From Macrostomum lignano (Eukaryota), in the NCBI GenBank assembly GCA_002269645.1, contig NIVC01000965.1:1-64000 (forward strand): a stretch of 64,000 bases of DNA, written 5' to 3'. The translations under genes were made by a program, and so were the position numbers. The notes beneath the pieces are model-generated. The model was not told where the DNA came from, did no database searches, and was given only the letters and a program-made list of their open reading frames with translations. This document shows, one piece after another, positions 1-24,400 of this stretch (position 1 is the first letter of the stretch; each line of letters begins with the position of its first letter).

Positions 1-198
1 AAATTGCAGACGCAAAAAATGATTCATTTAATCATGTAGCTGGCAGTGTCACGTCAACCGTAAACTAAATCATTTTTGAATGAAGTTTTTAGTTACTCAA
101 TTAATTTTTGTTATGAAGACTAGGCAAAAATTTCGAATAATATACATTTAAAAAAACGTATTTTGCTTTGACTAGCCTACGTTTTATTAAAGCAGCGC

Positions 199-262
199 CA
201 AAATGGGTGCCTGTGGCGCTAAAATGAGTGCCTGCGGCGCTAAAATGAGTGCCTGCGGCGCT
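199..262. repeat. 21-bp tandem repeat, 3 copies (AAAATGAGTGCCTGCGGCGCT)
   Basis: Read directly. Confidence 0.8.
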
Positions 263-960
263 TTATAAAATGAGTGCTGACAAGACGGATTCTGAAAAGA
301 ATTGGTACATGATAATGAGTGGAGTTGGAGTAGAAATGAAAATTCGTTAACTGAAGCGAAGACAAACGGTTTCGAATGACTCAAAAATTATTATACAGAG
401 GTCAACTTAATGTTGAATTTTGTAATAAATATAAACGTATTGACATCAGGGATTAATTTAATAACAGTTACTATATATTTGCAAACTTTAAAGTTTATGC
501 TTCGTTTTACTTCCTAAATGAACGAGATAAATAGGTAAACTCCATTTTGAAACTGATTCGTTCGTCTCATTCCACGAATTAACCAAAATTTTATAAAACG
601 GTATAACCTTCAGTTTTGCATGTAATATATATATAGTACAGAAGTACAGAAGTTTGCTGGAGAAAAGTTATATTTTTTAATTTATGTAGCATTTTTAACT
701 GATTAGGGATTTGTTTCTATTTATTGAATAAATTATGTAATTTATGGAGATCCACTCCAGAGTCCAGATCCTCTAGTCTAATGTAGCAGGCGTAGGCGTA
801 GGCCTAATAATCAATTTCATTTATTGCTATAATTTGCTTTGATGTCTGAGTCATAATTGCTACAACTGTGCTGTATAGTATTTTTATATTACTGAAAAAA
901 TATACTCACATTGGAATTATCTAAGGAAAGTTTTACAGATAGCTATTCCAAATACTATAG

Positions 961-1017
961 GGAGATGGCAGATGGCAGATGGTAGATGGGAGATGGGAGA
1001 CGGGAGATGGGAGCTGG
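961..1017. repeat. 7-bp repeat (GGGAGAT)n
   Basis: Read directly. Confidence 0.7.
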
Positions 1018-1515
1018 GACCAAATATTCCAAATTACTCGATTGCTGTATATCTAACAACTTCCTTAATCAATCATTTTCTGCAATTCCAACTTTCAAGT
1101 GCTAAATTTAAAATAATATATATAAATAGGTTTTGTAAAAATTATTTTAAAAGTAGATAAGAAACAATTGAATTTATTTATACACTTATACATGTATAAT
1201 AAAGACAGTTAATATATGGCATTGCTTATAACCTTATAAAAAGCTTATAAAATTATAGCTTTTATATAAATAATCTATAACTATGTCTTTAAGTACAATA
1301 GTATATTTTTTCTTATTTAAAAAGGCAGCTAAATTTTCAACAATACAGAAAACATTTTTTAGAATTCAATTGTATTTGTATTCTTTTGAAATTAGCCTTA
1401 TTTAAAACTCTATTACAAGGGTTCTCCCAGAAAAAGCAGGAAAAACTAGTACAGAGGCTGACTGTGATATTCAAATCTGATGCAACTTGCGTTATAAGTA
1501 GAAAAAAATCCAACA

Positions 1516-1961
1516 GTTGTTTTGCTTTTTAAATAGGGTAAAAATTTCAATTCATTCAAAAGTTGTGCCTATAAATACAACAAGGGGTAGGAGGTTAGAG
1601 TTACACCAAGTCGAGAGGTCTGAAAAGTCAATCACGCAGCATCGCCATCACCCTTGACTGATGACTTTTCAATGAAGTCACCCCTCAGCCTGCAGCCTGC
1701 AGCTGTTCTGCTTCTGCTTCTGCTTCAGATTAGCTTCTGCTTTTTTCAAGAGCTTATGTGCTCTTTTGTTTCTCTTTAGCTTCTTCATTTGCTTTTGTTT
1801 TTGAATTGATAGTTCTGACTAAACATCAAAAGTTTAGTCTATGGTCAGCATAGTAGGCTTGACTTGGTATAATTCTATTCTACCCCCTACCCCTTGTTCT
1901 AATTATAGGAATAAATTTTGAATGAATTGACATTTTTATCCCATTTAAAAAGCAAAACAAC
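1516..1961. mobile_element. Foldback/MITE-like remnant with about 75-100 bp imperfect terminal inverted repeats
   Basis: 1516-1590 (GTTGTTTTGCTTTTTAAATAGGGTAAAAATTTCAATTCATTCAAAA..CAAGGGGTAG) is the near reverse complement of 1887-1961; similarity extends inward to about 1613/1857; no TSD identified. Confidence 0.5.
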
Positions 1962-2249
1962 CAATGCTTTCTAATAGTTGTTATATAAGTTTTAATAATA
2001 AGTTTTTTATTTAATATTAACATTTTTTTCTATATTACTAACTTCAGCTATCTTAAAAGTATAGCTTTTATATTAAGGTAGCCAGTTGGTAGATGAATGA
2101 TGTATTACAGGTAATTAGTTTTTAGTGTAAGTCCCCTGCTTTTTAATTGTGAATCAAATGCATGCTTGGAACTACTAGAAGATCGAACCAAAACAATCAG
2201 TCCAGCCAATCAATAGAAAAAATCAGTAAGCAAAAAGACAGGTTCGGAC

Positions 2250-14429
<12,180 letters not shown>

Positions 14430-15364
14430 ATTCTTTCGGATATTAATCTTTCAAAATTTCTTTCTTTCTCGTGTCGCATCTTGATTATTCTCATCCGCCT
14501 TGGTCTATGGACCTGATTGAGTTGGCTCTGGATTAAAAAAATATCTGATAACCTTATCTCATTCGGTCAACACGCAAGGTAAATAGCTTATTTCATGTAG
14601 TGCACTGGATGTTGTCTTGAAAAGCTGATGCATTGCTGCTGCTGTTGTGTGTATTTTTTTCTAGAGTCTTGCTGTTGTCTTTTCATTTCCTGGCACGAGA
14701 ATAAATGATTTTAAAAGCGAACTATGAGAACACCAAGTACTACATTTTATTAATACTAGAGAGTAGGTTAGTACTTTTGCTGGCGCATGCCCCCTCGATA
14801 TTGTATAGGAGTTCTCTGTTGTTTTGCTTCCTAAACTTGCCGCACTGGCCAAGGGTAGAAGGGGGTGGTGTAAACACCGCCTCAAATCGCACCCCACCCC
14901 AACCCACCCTGAGCACGGTCTAACTGCGTGACATTTCCTTATTTTTTTTTCTTTCTAACTATAGCTATATCTTATGATCATTCGCTGACTGAGTGATCAG
15001 CTGACTTTGAAAGTCTTTTTCTTTCTGTCTATAATACGCCGAGTTTTTCAGGCCGTTCTTCCTGTTTCTATTGGTAATAAGAGTATAAGCATTTTAACAC
15101 ACGATGGATACATGAACGTTCGTAAGTATTTTTGAGATATGATTTTTTTCATTTTTGATTGATCAAGAGTCAGTTGGAAGAGACATCGGTACTAGAGAGC
15201 CAGAGATTCAGACAGAGTTTTTAGAGTTAGATATGTGGGCATATATGGTGTGAAATAGATATTAATATATGATGATTCGAATATAATAAAGCAGTGATAG
15301 AGTTAGAGATACAGATAGAAACAGGCCATTGTGACAGATTGAGACAGAGATAGAGATGCAGAAA

Positions 15365-16870
15365 GTCAGACACAGACAGATAGAGAAGTCACAGACAGAT
15401 AGAGAAGTCACAGACAGATAGAGAAGTCACAGACAGATAGAGAAGACACAGACAGATAGAGAAGTCACAGACAGATAGAGAAGACACAGACAGATAGAGA
15501 AGACACAGACAGATAGAGAAGACACAGACAGATAGAGAAGACACAGACAGATAGAGAAGACAGACATATAGAGTCGACAGACAGATAGAGAAGACACAGA
15601 CAGATAGAGAAGACACAGACAGATAGAGAAGACACAGACAGACAGAGAAGACACAGACAGACAGAGAAGACACAGACAGATAGAGAGGACACAGACAGAT
15701 AGAGAAGACAGACATATAGAGTCGACAGACAGATAGAGAAGACACAGACAGAGAAGACACAGACAGATAGAGAAGACACAGACAGATAGAGTCGACAGAC
15801 AGATAGAGAAGACACAGACAGATAGAGAAGACAGACAGATAGAGAAGACACAGACAGATAGAGAAGACACAGACAGATAGAGAAGACAGACAGATAGAGA
15901 AGACACAGACAGATAGAGAAGACACAGACAGATAGAGAAGACACAGACAGATAGAGAAGACAGACATATAGAGTCGACAGACAGATAGAGAAGACACAGA
16001 CAGATAGAGAAGACACAGACAGATAGAGAAGACACAGACAGACAGAGAAGACACAGACAGACAGAGAAGACACAGACAGATAGAGAGGACACAGACAGAT
16101 AGAGAAGACAGACATATAGAGTCGACAGACAGATAGAGAAGACACAGACAGAGAAGACACAGACAGATAGAGAAGACACAGACAGATAGAGTCGACAGAC
16201 AGATAGAGAAGACACAGACAGATAGAGAAGACAGACAGATAGAGAAGACACAGACAGATAGAGAAGACACAGACAGATAGAGAAGACAGACAGATAGAGA
16301 AGACACAGACAGATAGAGAAGACACAGACAGATAGAGTCGACAGACAGATAGAGAAGACACAGACAGATAGAGAAGATACAGACAGATAGAGAAGACACA
16401 GGCAGATAGAGAAGACACAGACAGATAGAGTCGACAGACAGATAGAGAAGACACAGACAGATAGAGAGGACACAGACAGATAGAGAAGACAGACATATAG
16501 AGAAAACACAGACAGATAGAGAGGACACAGACAGATAGAGAAGACAGACATATAGAGAAAACACAGACAGATAGAGAAAACACAGACAGATAGAATCGAC
16601 AGACAGACAGAGAAGACACAGACAGATAGAGAAGACACAGACAGATAGAGAAGACACAGACAGATAGAGTCGACAGACAGATAGAGAAGACACAGGCAGA
16701 CAGAGAAGACACAGGCAGACAGAGAAGACACAGACAGACAGAGAAGACACAGACAGACAGAGAAGACACAGGCAGACAGAGAAGACACAGACAGACAGAG
16801 AAGACACAGGCAGACAGAGGAGACACAGGCAGACAGAAGACACAGGCAGAAATAGAGAATAAACAGAGAC
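15365..16870. repeat. Compound about 19-bp repeat ACACAGACAGATAGAGAAG with higher-order blocks
   Basis: Read directly. Confidence 0.95.
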
Positions 16871-17696
16871 AGAGACAGACACAGATGAAGACACGTTAAG
16901 CGATCATAATTTTGAGTAATAATAATTTATTAAGAAGATTAAGAGGCAGCTCAGTGAGCTGAGAGGGCCAGGTCAGAATTGGCAGGCATAAGCTACTCAG
17001 TCCCTAACCGCAGTTAATGGCCACTGATGGAGAGAGCCAAGAAGTGTAGATTTTGACAGGCCATGAGCCTCTGTCGGTCTGCTTTCGCGACGACAGCCCA
17101 GATCTATTAATGGTGACCGAGCAGCGCAGCTATAATTGCTCTGCTCTTTCCCCCATACCAGGGACCGTCTCCCATGGCTTGGCTCTCCCCGTTTTCCAAT
17201 TTCTGCTGAATCATTCTCGCTCTGTCTGCCTGACCCTGCCAACTCCAGCCCCCCTGCTGGCTCTTGAATGCGCCGTTTTCTCTTCCCCACTTTAGCTGAA
17301 CTCGCGCCCCGCAGCTGTCTCGCTGTGAGCACCGTGCCAGTGACCTGCCCGTACACCCAGTACCTTACTCAAACCCCCCTCTATCAGGCTTGGATTGGCC
17401 TTGAATGTTAATCACCATTTTTATTCATATTTTCTATCTATTAGCTCTAATTGTTCGTTCGTGTGTTGACCCATTGTTAGAGAACCTTTGCTAGTATAAT
17501 AGTAACACGTTGTGTATTTTTGTGTGAATAGAAATTTATGCTACTAATAGTAGGGTTAGTAGCAATATTAAAAATGTATTTTTTTAACAGAAGTTTATTA
17601 AAACTTTTAGTATAAGTTGGTAAAATATTAGCAGAATAGAATAAAGTGAGAAGACAGGAGAGTGCGTCCGATTATAATAATATCGAATATTTAAGT

Positions 17697-17921
17697 AGAG
17701 CATCACAGAGTGCTTGACTAGAGCAGCATAGAGTGCTTGACTAGAGCAGCATAGAGTGCTTGACTAGAGCAGCATAGAGTGCTTGACTAGAGCAGCATAG
17801 AGTGCTTGACTAGAGCAGCATAGAGTGCTTGACTAGAGCAGCATAGAGTGCTTGACTAGAGCAGCATAGAGTGCTTGACTAGAGCAGCATAGAGTGCTTG
17901 ACTAGAGCAGCATAGAGTGCT
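17697..17921. repeat. 23-bp minisatellite GAGTGCTTGACTAGAGCAGCATA, about 9 copies
   Basis: Read directly. Confidence 0.95.
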
Positions 17922-18654
17922 GTATGATTTAGCAGCATGACCTGATTTAGCCCTGAAGTGAAGTTTGAGCTGACACAAATGAAGTAAAATTAAGCATTCA
18001 GCAACAGTTTTACATTAATTTTTGCCGCACATATTTATTTCAGTTTTCAAAGGCTGATCAGATTGATTCGCGAAAAATTAAAGCGAGCAGACTGACCCAA
18101 CTTTTGTCCCACTCTGTTTAAAGGTAGAACTCACCCTCATTAGCTCGAGGTTTCGTTGCGTTACGCTTTTTTAAGTTTTAAGCCCATTGCCATTAGTTTT
18201 AAAGTAGCAATCTAGAAAAAGTTAAAAATGTTTTTTTGTCTACTCGTGAGTAGTTTTTACGCGTATTTTAACCCACTGAAAGCTACTAGCTATGTTAATG
18301 TTTTTAAAATGCAATATGGTGATAGTAAATTATTTATTTAAAAAATCAGCCTCCCTTTCAACTTAGTATAAAATGCTTCAATGTTATTAAATCCGCAGCT
18401 TCCGGAGAAAGTTTTCTTTAGTCGGCAACGGGCAGCGACTGCGGCGCGGCGGCAACGGCGGCGGTCAAAGCGGAAAAATAGTTTAAAAAGTGATTATCGA
18501 GTATTGATTGTTGTTTGATAATTAATCAACTGACCTTTTTTGTCATTTAAATACTCTGGTAATTTCTAGCGCCCTGATCACAACACACCCCAATGAGTAG
18601 CGCTTAGGGATGCCCAAAAAGTATAACAAACACTTTAAGATTCCCCTATACACA

Positions 18655-19085
18655 AAAACTACCGCCTTGGGGATTCCCCTTCAAATAACTACCGCTTGGG
18701 ATTTCCCCGTATAAAAGCTACTGGTTAAAGATTCCCTTTCCGAATTAATACCGCTTTGGGATTCCCCTGTAATAATAAATGCCGCTTTGGAAATGGGAGC
18801 CCCCGTACCAATAAGTACCGCTTTTGGGAATTCCCCAGTATCATTAAATGCCGCTTTAGGGGATTCCCCACCCAGTACCAAAAACTTATTGCCGCTTTGG
18901 GATTCCCCCGTACTAATAACTGCCGCTTTGGGAATTATCCAGTACAATTTAATGCCACTATAGGAATTCCCCAGTACCAAAACAACCGTTGTTTTGGGAA
19001 TTTACCCGTATCAATAACTGTCGCTTTGAGGATTCTCCAGTATCAGAAGGAATTCCTCTTCCCATTATCGGTATTCCGCGTCGCA
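18655..19085. repeat. Degenerate about 30-bp repeat with core TACCGCTTTGGGATTCCCC
   Basis: Read directly; diverged units. Confidence 0.75.
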
Positions 19086-20889
19086 ACTGCCGCTAAGTTA
19101 ATGCGAGTGCTAATTATTTGGAGCTTAGCTATAAGCTTTACTCATGTTTAGCTCCAGTTCAAATTGTTAATCTGTCGGTCTGCTACTGCCCGTCTAATAT
19201 TTATTATTATTCAGTGTATAATTATCAATTGCGGTTGCTATTAGTTCAGTCAACAAAGTTGATTGGGTGGATAACTTTAAATTTACGATATTATTCATAA
19301 TTGTGTTGTTATCTGTCAGCTATTTGATTATTACTTCGTGAATTATTTATAACCATTTGACACAATCGGCGCTTAAAATTTTTGCATTCTGAGAAATTAT
19401 TTTTTTCAGCATAATACGCTAGTAATAGTATAACATGCTAACGATACTACTGACCATATTCCAGTGCGGCGCCTGTGATTTGATTGCGGACTCGTTAAAA
19501 ATGTATTAAATTTTCTTTAAAAAAACTTGTGCGTTTGAGCAATCGATATTGGAAACTGAATGGAACGTCATCAAGTTTTTGATAATCTTATTTCCTAAAA
19601 ATCTCACTGTATAAATTTATTATTGATTGCAATTTTCTCCTTGTATTTATTTTTCTCTATTTTTTCTGTCGAGTTTTTATTCGCTGTTTTTGTTAAAAAA
19701 TTACTTAAGACAATACAATGCATATTTTTTGTTCAGTGTGCAACGAAGTACAAAAGGCAATGTTTTTCTTTAATTTTCGATTCTCTTTTATATCTTTTGT
19801 TTATTTGTTTATATAGATTTCTTCTAAGCACTCAATAACCTTCTTCTTTGAAGTTTCACAAGTTCTACATTAATTTATAACTTATTGTCCTGGTGAGTTT
19901 CATTGAGTACCTTAAGCTTTTTAAATTGTGATTTTGTTATTAGGGCTTTTTTGTCAGCTTTGTTTTTCCGTTCAAAAAAGTTTTTGTATTTTTAATAATA
20001 TTCACGGATAATTCCGTAAATACCTGAAAATTCTGCGCTGAATAGGCTAATGGGAATTAGTTGAAGATTGGTCTAATAGATTTTGTACTTTAAATAGTTA
20101 TGTACTTTTACATTACGGTGTACTTTAGCATATGGTGTACTTATAAATGAAGGTGTGCATTACTCGTATAGATTAAGGTGCACTTTTAGTTTAGTTTAGT
20201 CAATGTACTTTTAGATATAAATGATTGTGTAATTTTTGTACTGTTGTGCTGATAACATCAGTTATTATTACATATACATAACTTTTACTCGTACATACAA
20301 ATACTTATCTATCTATATGTACAGTTACACATATAAACAATACCGGTAATATCAGTAGGGAATCTAATTTGTGTACTATAGTTTAAGGTTGCATTGTACT
20401 TTTGGCTGATGGTGTACTATTAGATATTTGTTGTAGGTGGTGTGAACAGTAAACTGGCTATACTATTTATTTTGCTATGCTATTATTAATTGACCTGTTT
20501 ACTGCTACTGCATTCGATATTATGAAATATTTTAGCTTAACAGTTACCTTTCTTATATGTTTCTCGTTTGTTATTTACAGTGTAGCAGCGCCTGAAAAGT
20601 AACCATTTTTTATTAATTAAGCTTTTGTTTTATTGTCATTAAATATTTATTGCTTATCTGCTTCGCTGATATAGCATTAATCAAGCCCAGTGCATTGCAA
20701 TAGACAAACTGCTATATATACTACTGTTAATATTAATTATCTATTGTTATTAAAGCTAAAATTGTTATTGTTTGAGGTCATTATTTTCACACAAGTGTTT
20801 TTTGTTCTTACTTATTTTTATTAATGATTAGCCCAATTAGGGTTATGCATTGGTGCCGTTTCTAAGAAAAAATCTATTTATTCCTAGAA

Positions 20890-21397
20890 CACACTACTGT
20901 AACACCCTGTATAGAACACCCTACTGTAACACCCTGTATAGAGCACCCTACTGTAATACCCTGTATAGAAAACCTTGCTACAGCACCCTAAATAGAACAT
21001 CTTACTGTAACACCCTGTATAGAACACCTTATTACTGCAACACCCTGTCTAGAACAACCTACTGTAACACCCTATCTAGAATATCCTACTGTAACACCCT
21101 GTATAGAACACCCTACTGTAACACCCTGTATAGAACACCCTACTGTAACACCCTGTATAGAACACCCTACTGCAACACCCTGTATAGAACACCCTACTGT
21201 AACACCCTGTATAGAACACCCTACTGTAACACCCTGTATAGAACACCCTACTGTAACACCCTGTATAGAACACCCTACTGTAACACCCTGTATAGAACAC
21301 CCTACTGTAACACCCTGTATAGAACACCCTACTGTAACACCCTGTATAGAACACCCTACTGCAGCACCCTGTATAGAACACCCTACTGTAACACCCA
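20890..21397. repeat. 27-bp minisatellite AACACCCTGTATAGAACACCCTACTGT upstream of CPS exon 1
   Basis: Read directly; 9-aa periodic ORF. Confidence 0.95.
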
Positions 21398-21468
21398 GTA
21401 AGTACAAGAGTTCCATTTTAACTAATTGACTGCATGCCTAGCCGGGCGGGTGTGCGCGGTAGCTCATC

Positions 21469-24400
21469 ATGCTGATCAGCCTACTCACTCGCGGTCTGCC
21501 GTTGACCGGCACCAAACAGTTAGTCACAGTTGGCGTCGGCGCCATCAGTCGGCGCGGTCTCAGCGGCGGCGTCGCTCGTCGTCTAGTGCTGCCGAATAAA
21601 GCTCGCCTAGTGCTTGAGGACGGCACCGAGTTTAGCGGCTATTCGTTCGGCGCCGACCGCTCCTCGTCTGGCGAAGTCGTGTTCAACACCGGCCTGACCG
21701 GCTACCCGGAGTCTCTCACTGATCCCAGCTACCGCGGCCAGATCCTGGTGCTCACTTATCCCATTGTGGGAAATTACGGAGTGCCCGACACGCAAGCGGT
21801 TGACGAAAACGGGCTGCGATTGAATGTCGAATCCGATGCCGTTCACGTGACTGGCCTGATTGTGCAGGTGCGGAATCTGGGTGACTCATGGATGCCTGCT
21901 TTTTGTGCCCCTGTGTCTTATTGGGTGTCTCATGGGTGTCTCATGGGTGTCTTAGTGAGTGTCTCATGGGTGTCTTAGTGAGTGTCCCATGGGTGTCTTA
22001 GTGAGTGTCCCATGGGTGTCTTATTGAGTGTCCCATGGGTGTCTCATGGGTGTCTCATTGGTGTCTTAGTGAGTGTCTCATGGTGTCTTAGCGAGTGTCC
22101 CATGGGTGTCTTAGTGAGTGTCCCATGGGTGTCTTATTGAGTATCTCATGAGTGTCTTATTGAGTGTCTCATGGGTGTCTTATTGAGTGTCTCATGGGTG
22201 TCTTAGTGAGTGTCTCATGGGTGTCTTAGTGAGTGTCTCATTGGTGACTTAGTGAGTGTCTCATAGGTGTTTTATTGAGTGTCTCATGGGTGTCTTAGCG
22301 AGTGTCCCATGGGTGTCTTAGTGAGTGTCCCATGGATGTCTTAGTGAGTGTCCCATGGGTGTCTCATGGGTGTCTCATTGGTGTCTTAGTGAGTGTCTCA
22401 TGGGTGTCTTAGTGAGTGTCCATGGGTGTCTTATTGAGTATCTCATGAGTGTCTTATTGAGTGTCTCATGGGTGTCTTATTGAGTGTCTCATGGGTGTCT
22501 TAGTGAGTGTCTCATGGGTGTCTTAGTGAGTGTCTCATGGGTGTCTTATTGAGTGTCTCATGGGTGTCTTAGTGAGTGTCTCATGGGTGTCTTAGTGAGT
22601 GTCCCATGGATGTCTTATTGAGTGTCTCATGGGTGTCTTATTGGGTGTCTCATTGGTGTCTTAGTAAGTGTCTCATTGGTGTTTTTATTGAGTGTCTCAG
22701 GGGTGTCTTTTTGAGTGTCTCATTGGTGTCTTATTGAGTGTCTCATGGGTGTCTTAGTGAGTGTCTCATAGGTGTCTTTTTGAGTGTCTCATAGGTGTCT
22801 TAGTGGGTGTCTCATGGGTGTCCTATTGAATATCTCATGGGTTTCTTATTTAGGGTCTCATGGGTGTCTAGTGGGTGTCTCATTGAGTTTCTCATTGAGC
22901 GTCTCATCGAGTATCTCATTGAGTGTCTCATCGAGTGTCTCATGAGTGTGTCAAGTGTATGAATGTATGCAACAAACTCAGCCCCATGAATTTTCTCTCT
23001 CAGGACTACTCCGTGGATCACAGCCATTGGAAGTCGGCCCACTCGCTGTCCCATTGGCTGAAGCGCGAAGGCGTCCCGGCCTTGTCGGCATCGACACCCG
23101 ACTGCTGACTAAGCGGATTCGCGATCGCGGCACCCTGCTGGGCAAGATTGAATTCTCTGACCAGCCTCTGGCCGAGTTTGACAATCCCAATTTGAGGAAT
23201 CTCACTGCCGAGGTGTGACTTCTTTGTGTTTTTTAAAATTAGTTTGACGATTTCTAAGGGTATTTTAAGTAGGCTACTACGACTATATTAGCTGAATGTG
23301 TAAACTTGAACCTGTAAAACCTGTTAATTTGAATCCAACCAAAGGAAACGAAAGAAAAGAAAAAAGAAGATATTTTCTACTCCAAGGCTTAGGCTGGATT
23401 CCTAGGTTGTTATATCGCAAGCAGGGGTGTACGGAGACCCTGCTCGCATTGCAGGGTATTGGAGGTCATTCGTAGGCGTGAATCTTTAATCGACAACAAT
23501 CGTAGCATCCGTAATTCTCAATAGAGTACGAGTTCTATGAGCATGCGCCTTCGCCCTCGCCTTCCAAGGTGTCCACCAAAGAGGTGCGCGTATTCGGCAA
23601 GGGAAATCCGCACAAGATAGTGGCCGTGGACTGCGGAGTGAAGCACAACATGATTAAAATGCTGTGCGCCAGAGGTGCCGAAGTCCACCTGGTACCCTGG
23701 GACTACGACTTCACCGAGGAGCCGTACGACGGACTGTTCATCACTAACGGCCCGGCGATCCGGCCCTGATTAAAACTACCATCGATAATATTCGCAAGGT
23801 GCGCTTGTATCTGACTGTGGCTTTCAACTAAATAATTATTGTCATGTTATGGCTTAGAGGAAGCAATTAAATATTTGTGATTAAACTATTGGCTAACTTA
23901 GTCACCAAATTAGTGTTTACATCAGTGCCCAATTTAGTGTCCAAATCAGTGACCAATTTATTGGCCAGATCAGTGCCCAATTTAGTGAACAAATCAGTGA
24001 CCAATTTCGTGTCCAAATCAGTGACTTACTTCGTGTCCAAATCAGTGACCAACTTCGTGTCCAAATTAGTGACTTACTTCGTGTCCAAATCAGTGACCAA
24101 CTTCGTGTCCAAATTAGTGACCAATTTGGTGTCCAAATCAGTGACCAATTTAGTGTCCAAATCAGTGACCAACTTCGTGTCCAAATCAGTGACTTACTTC
24201 GTGTCCAAATCAGTGACCAACTTCGTGTCCAAATTAGTGACTTACTTCGTGTCCAAATCAGTGACCAACTTCGTGTCCAAATCAGTGACCAATTTAGTGT
24301 CCAAATCAGTGACCAATTTAGTGTCCAAATCAGTGACCAATTTAGTGTCCAAATCATGACCAACTTCGTGTCCAAATCAGTGACTAACTTTTTTGTGTCC

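Noticed and set aside
15389-16894. Three 450-500 aa Cys/Leu/Ser/Val ORFs on the minus strand
   Set aside because: Compound AC/AG microsatellite lacking stops by composition.
20890-22945. Possible third inverted-array pair around CPS exon 1
   Set aside because: Units differ in length (27 vs 23 bp) and share only scattered ACACCC/AGA/ACT words; too weak to call by eye.
23413-23445. Hairpin GCAAGCAGGG..CCCTGCTCGC in CPS intron 2
   Set aside because: Single short stem with no snoRNA boxes or other family features.
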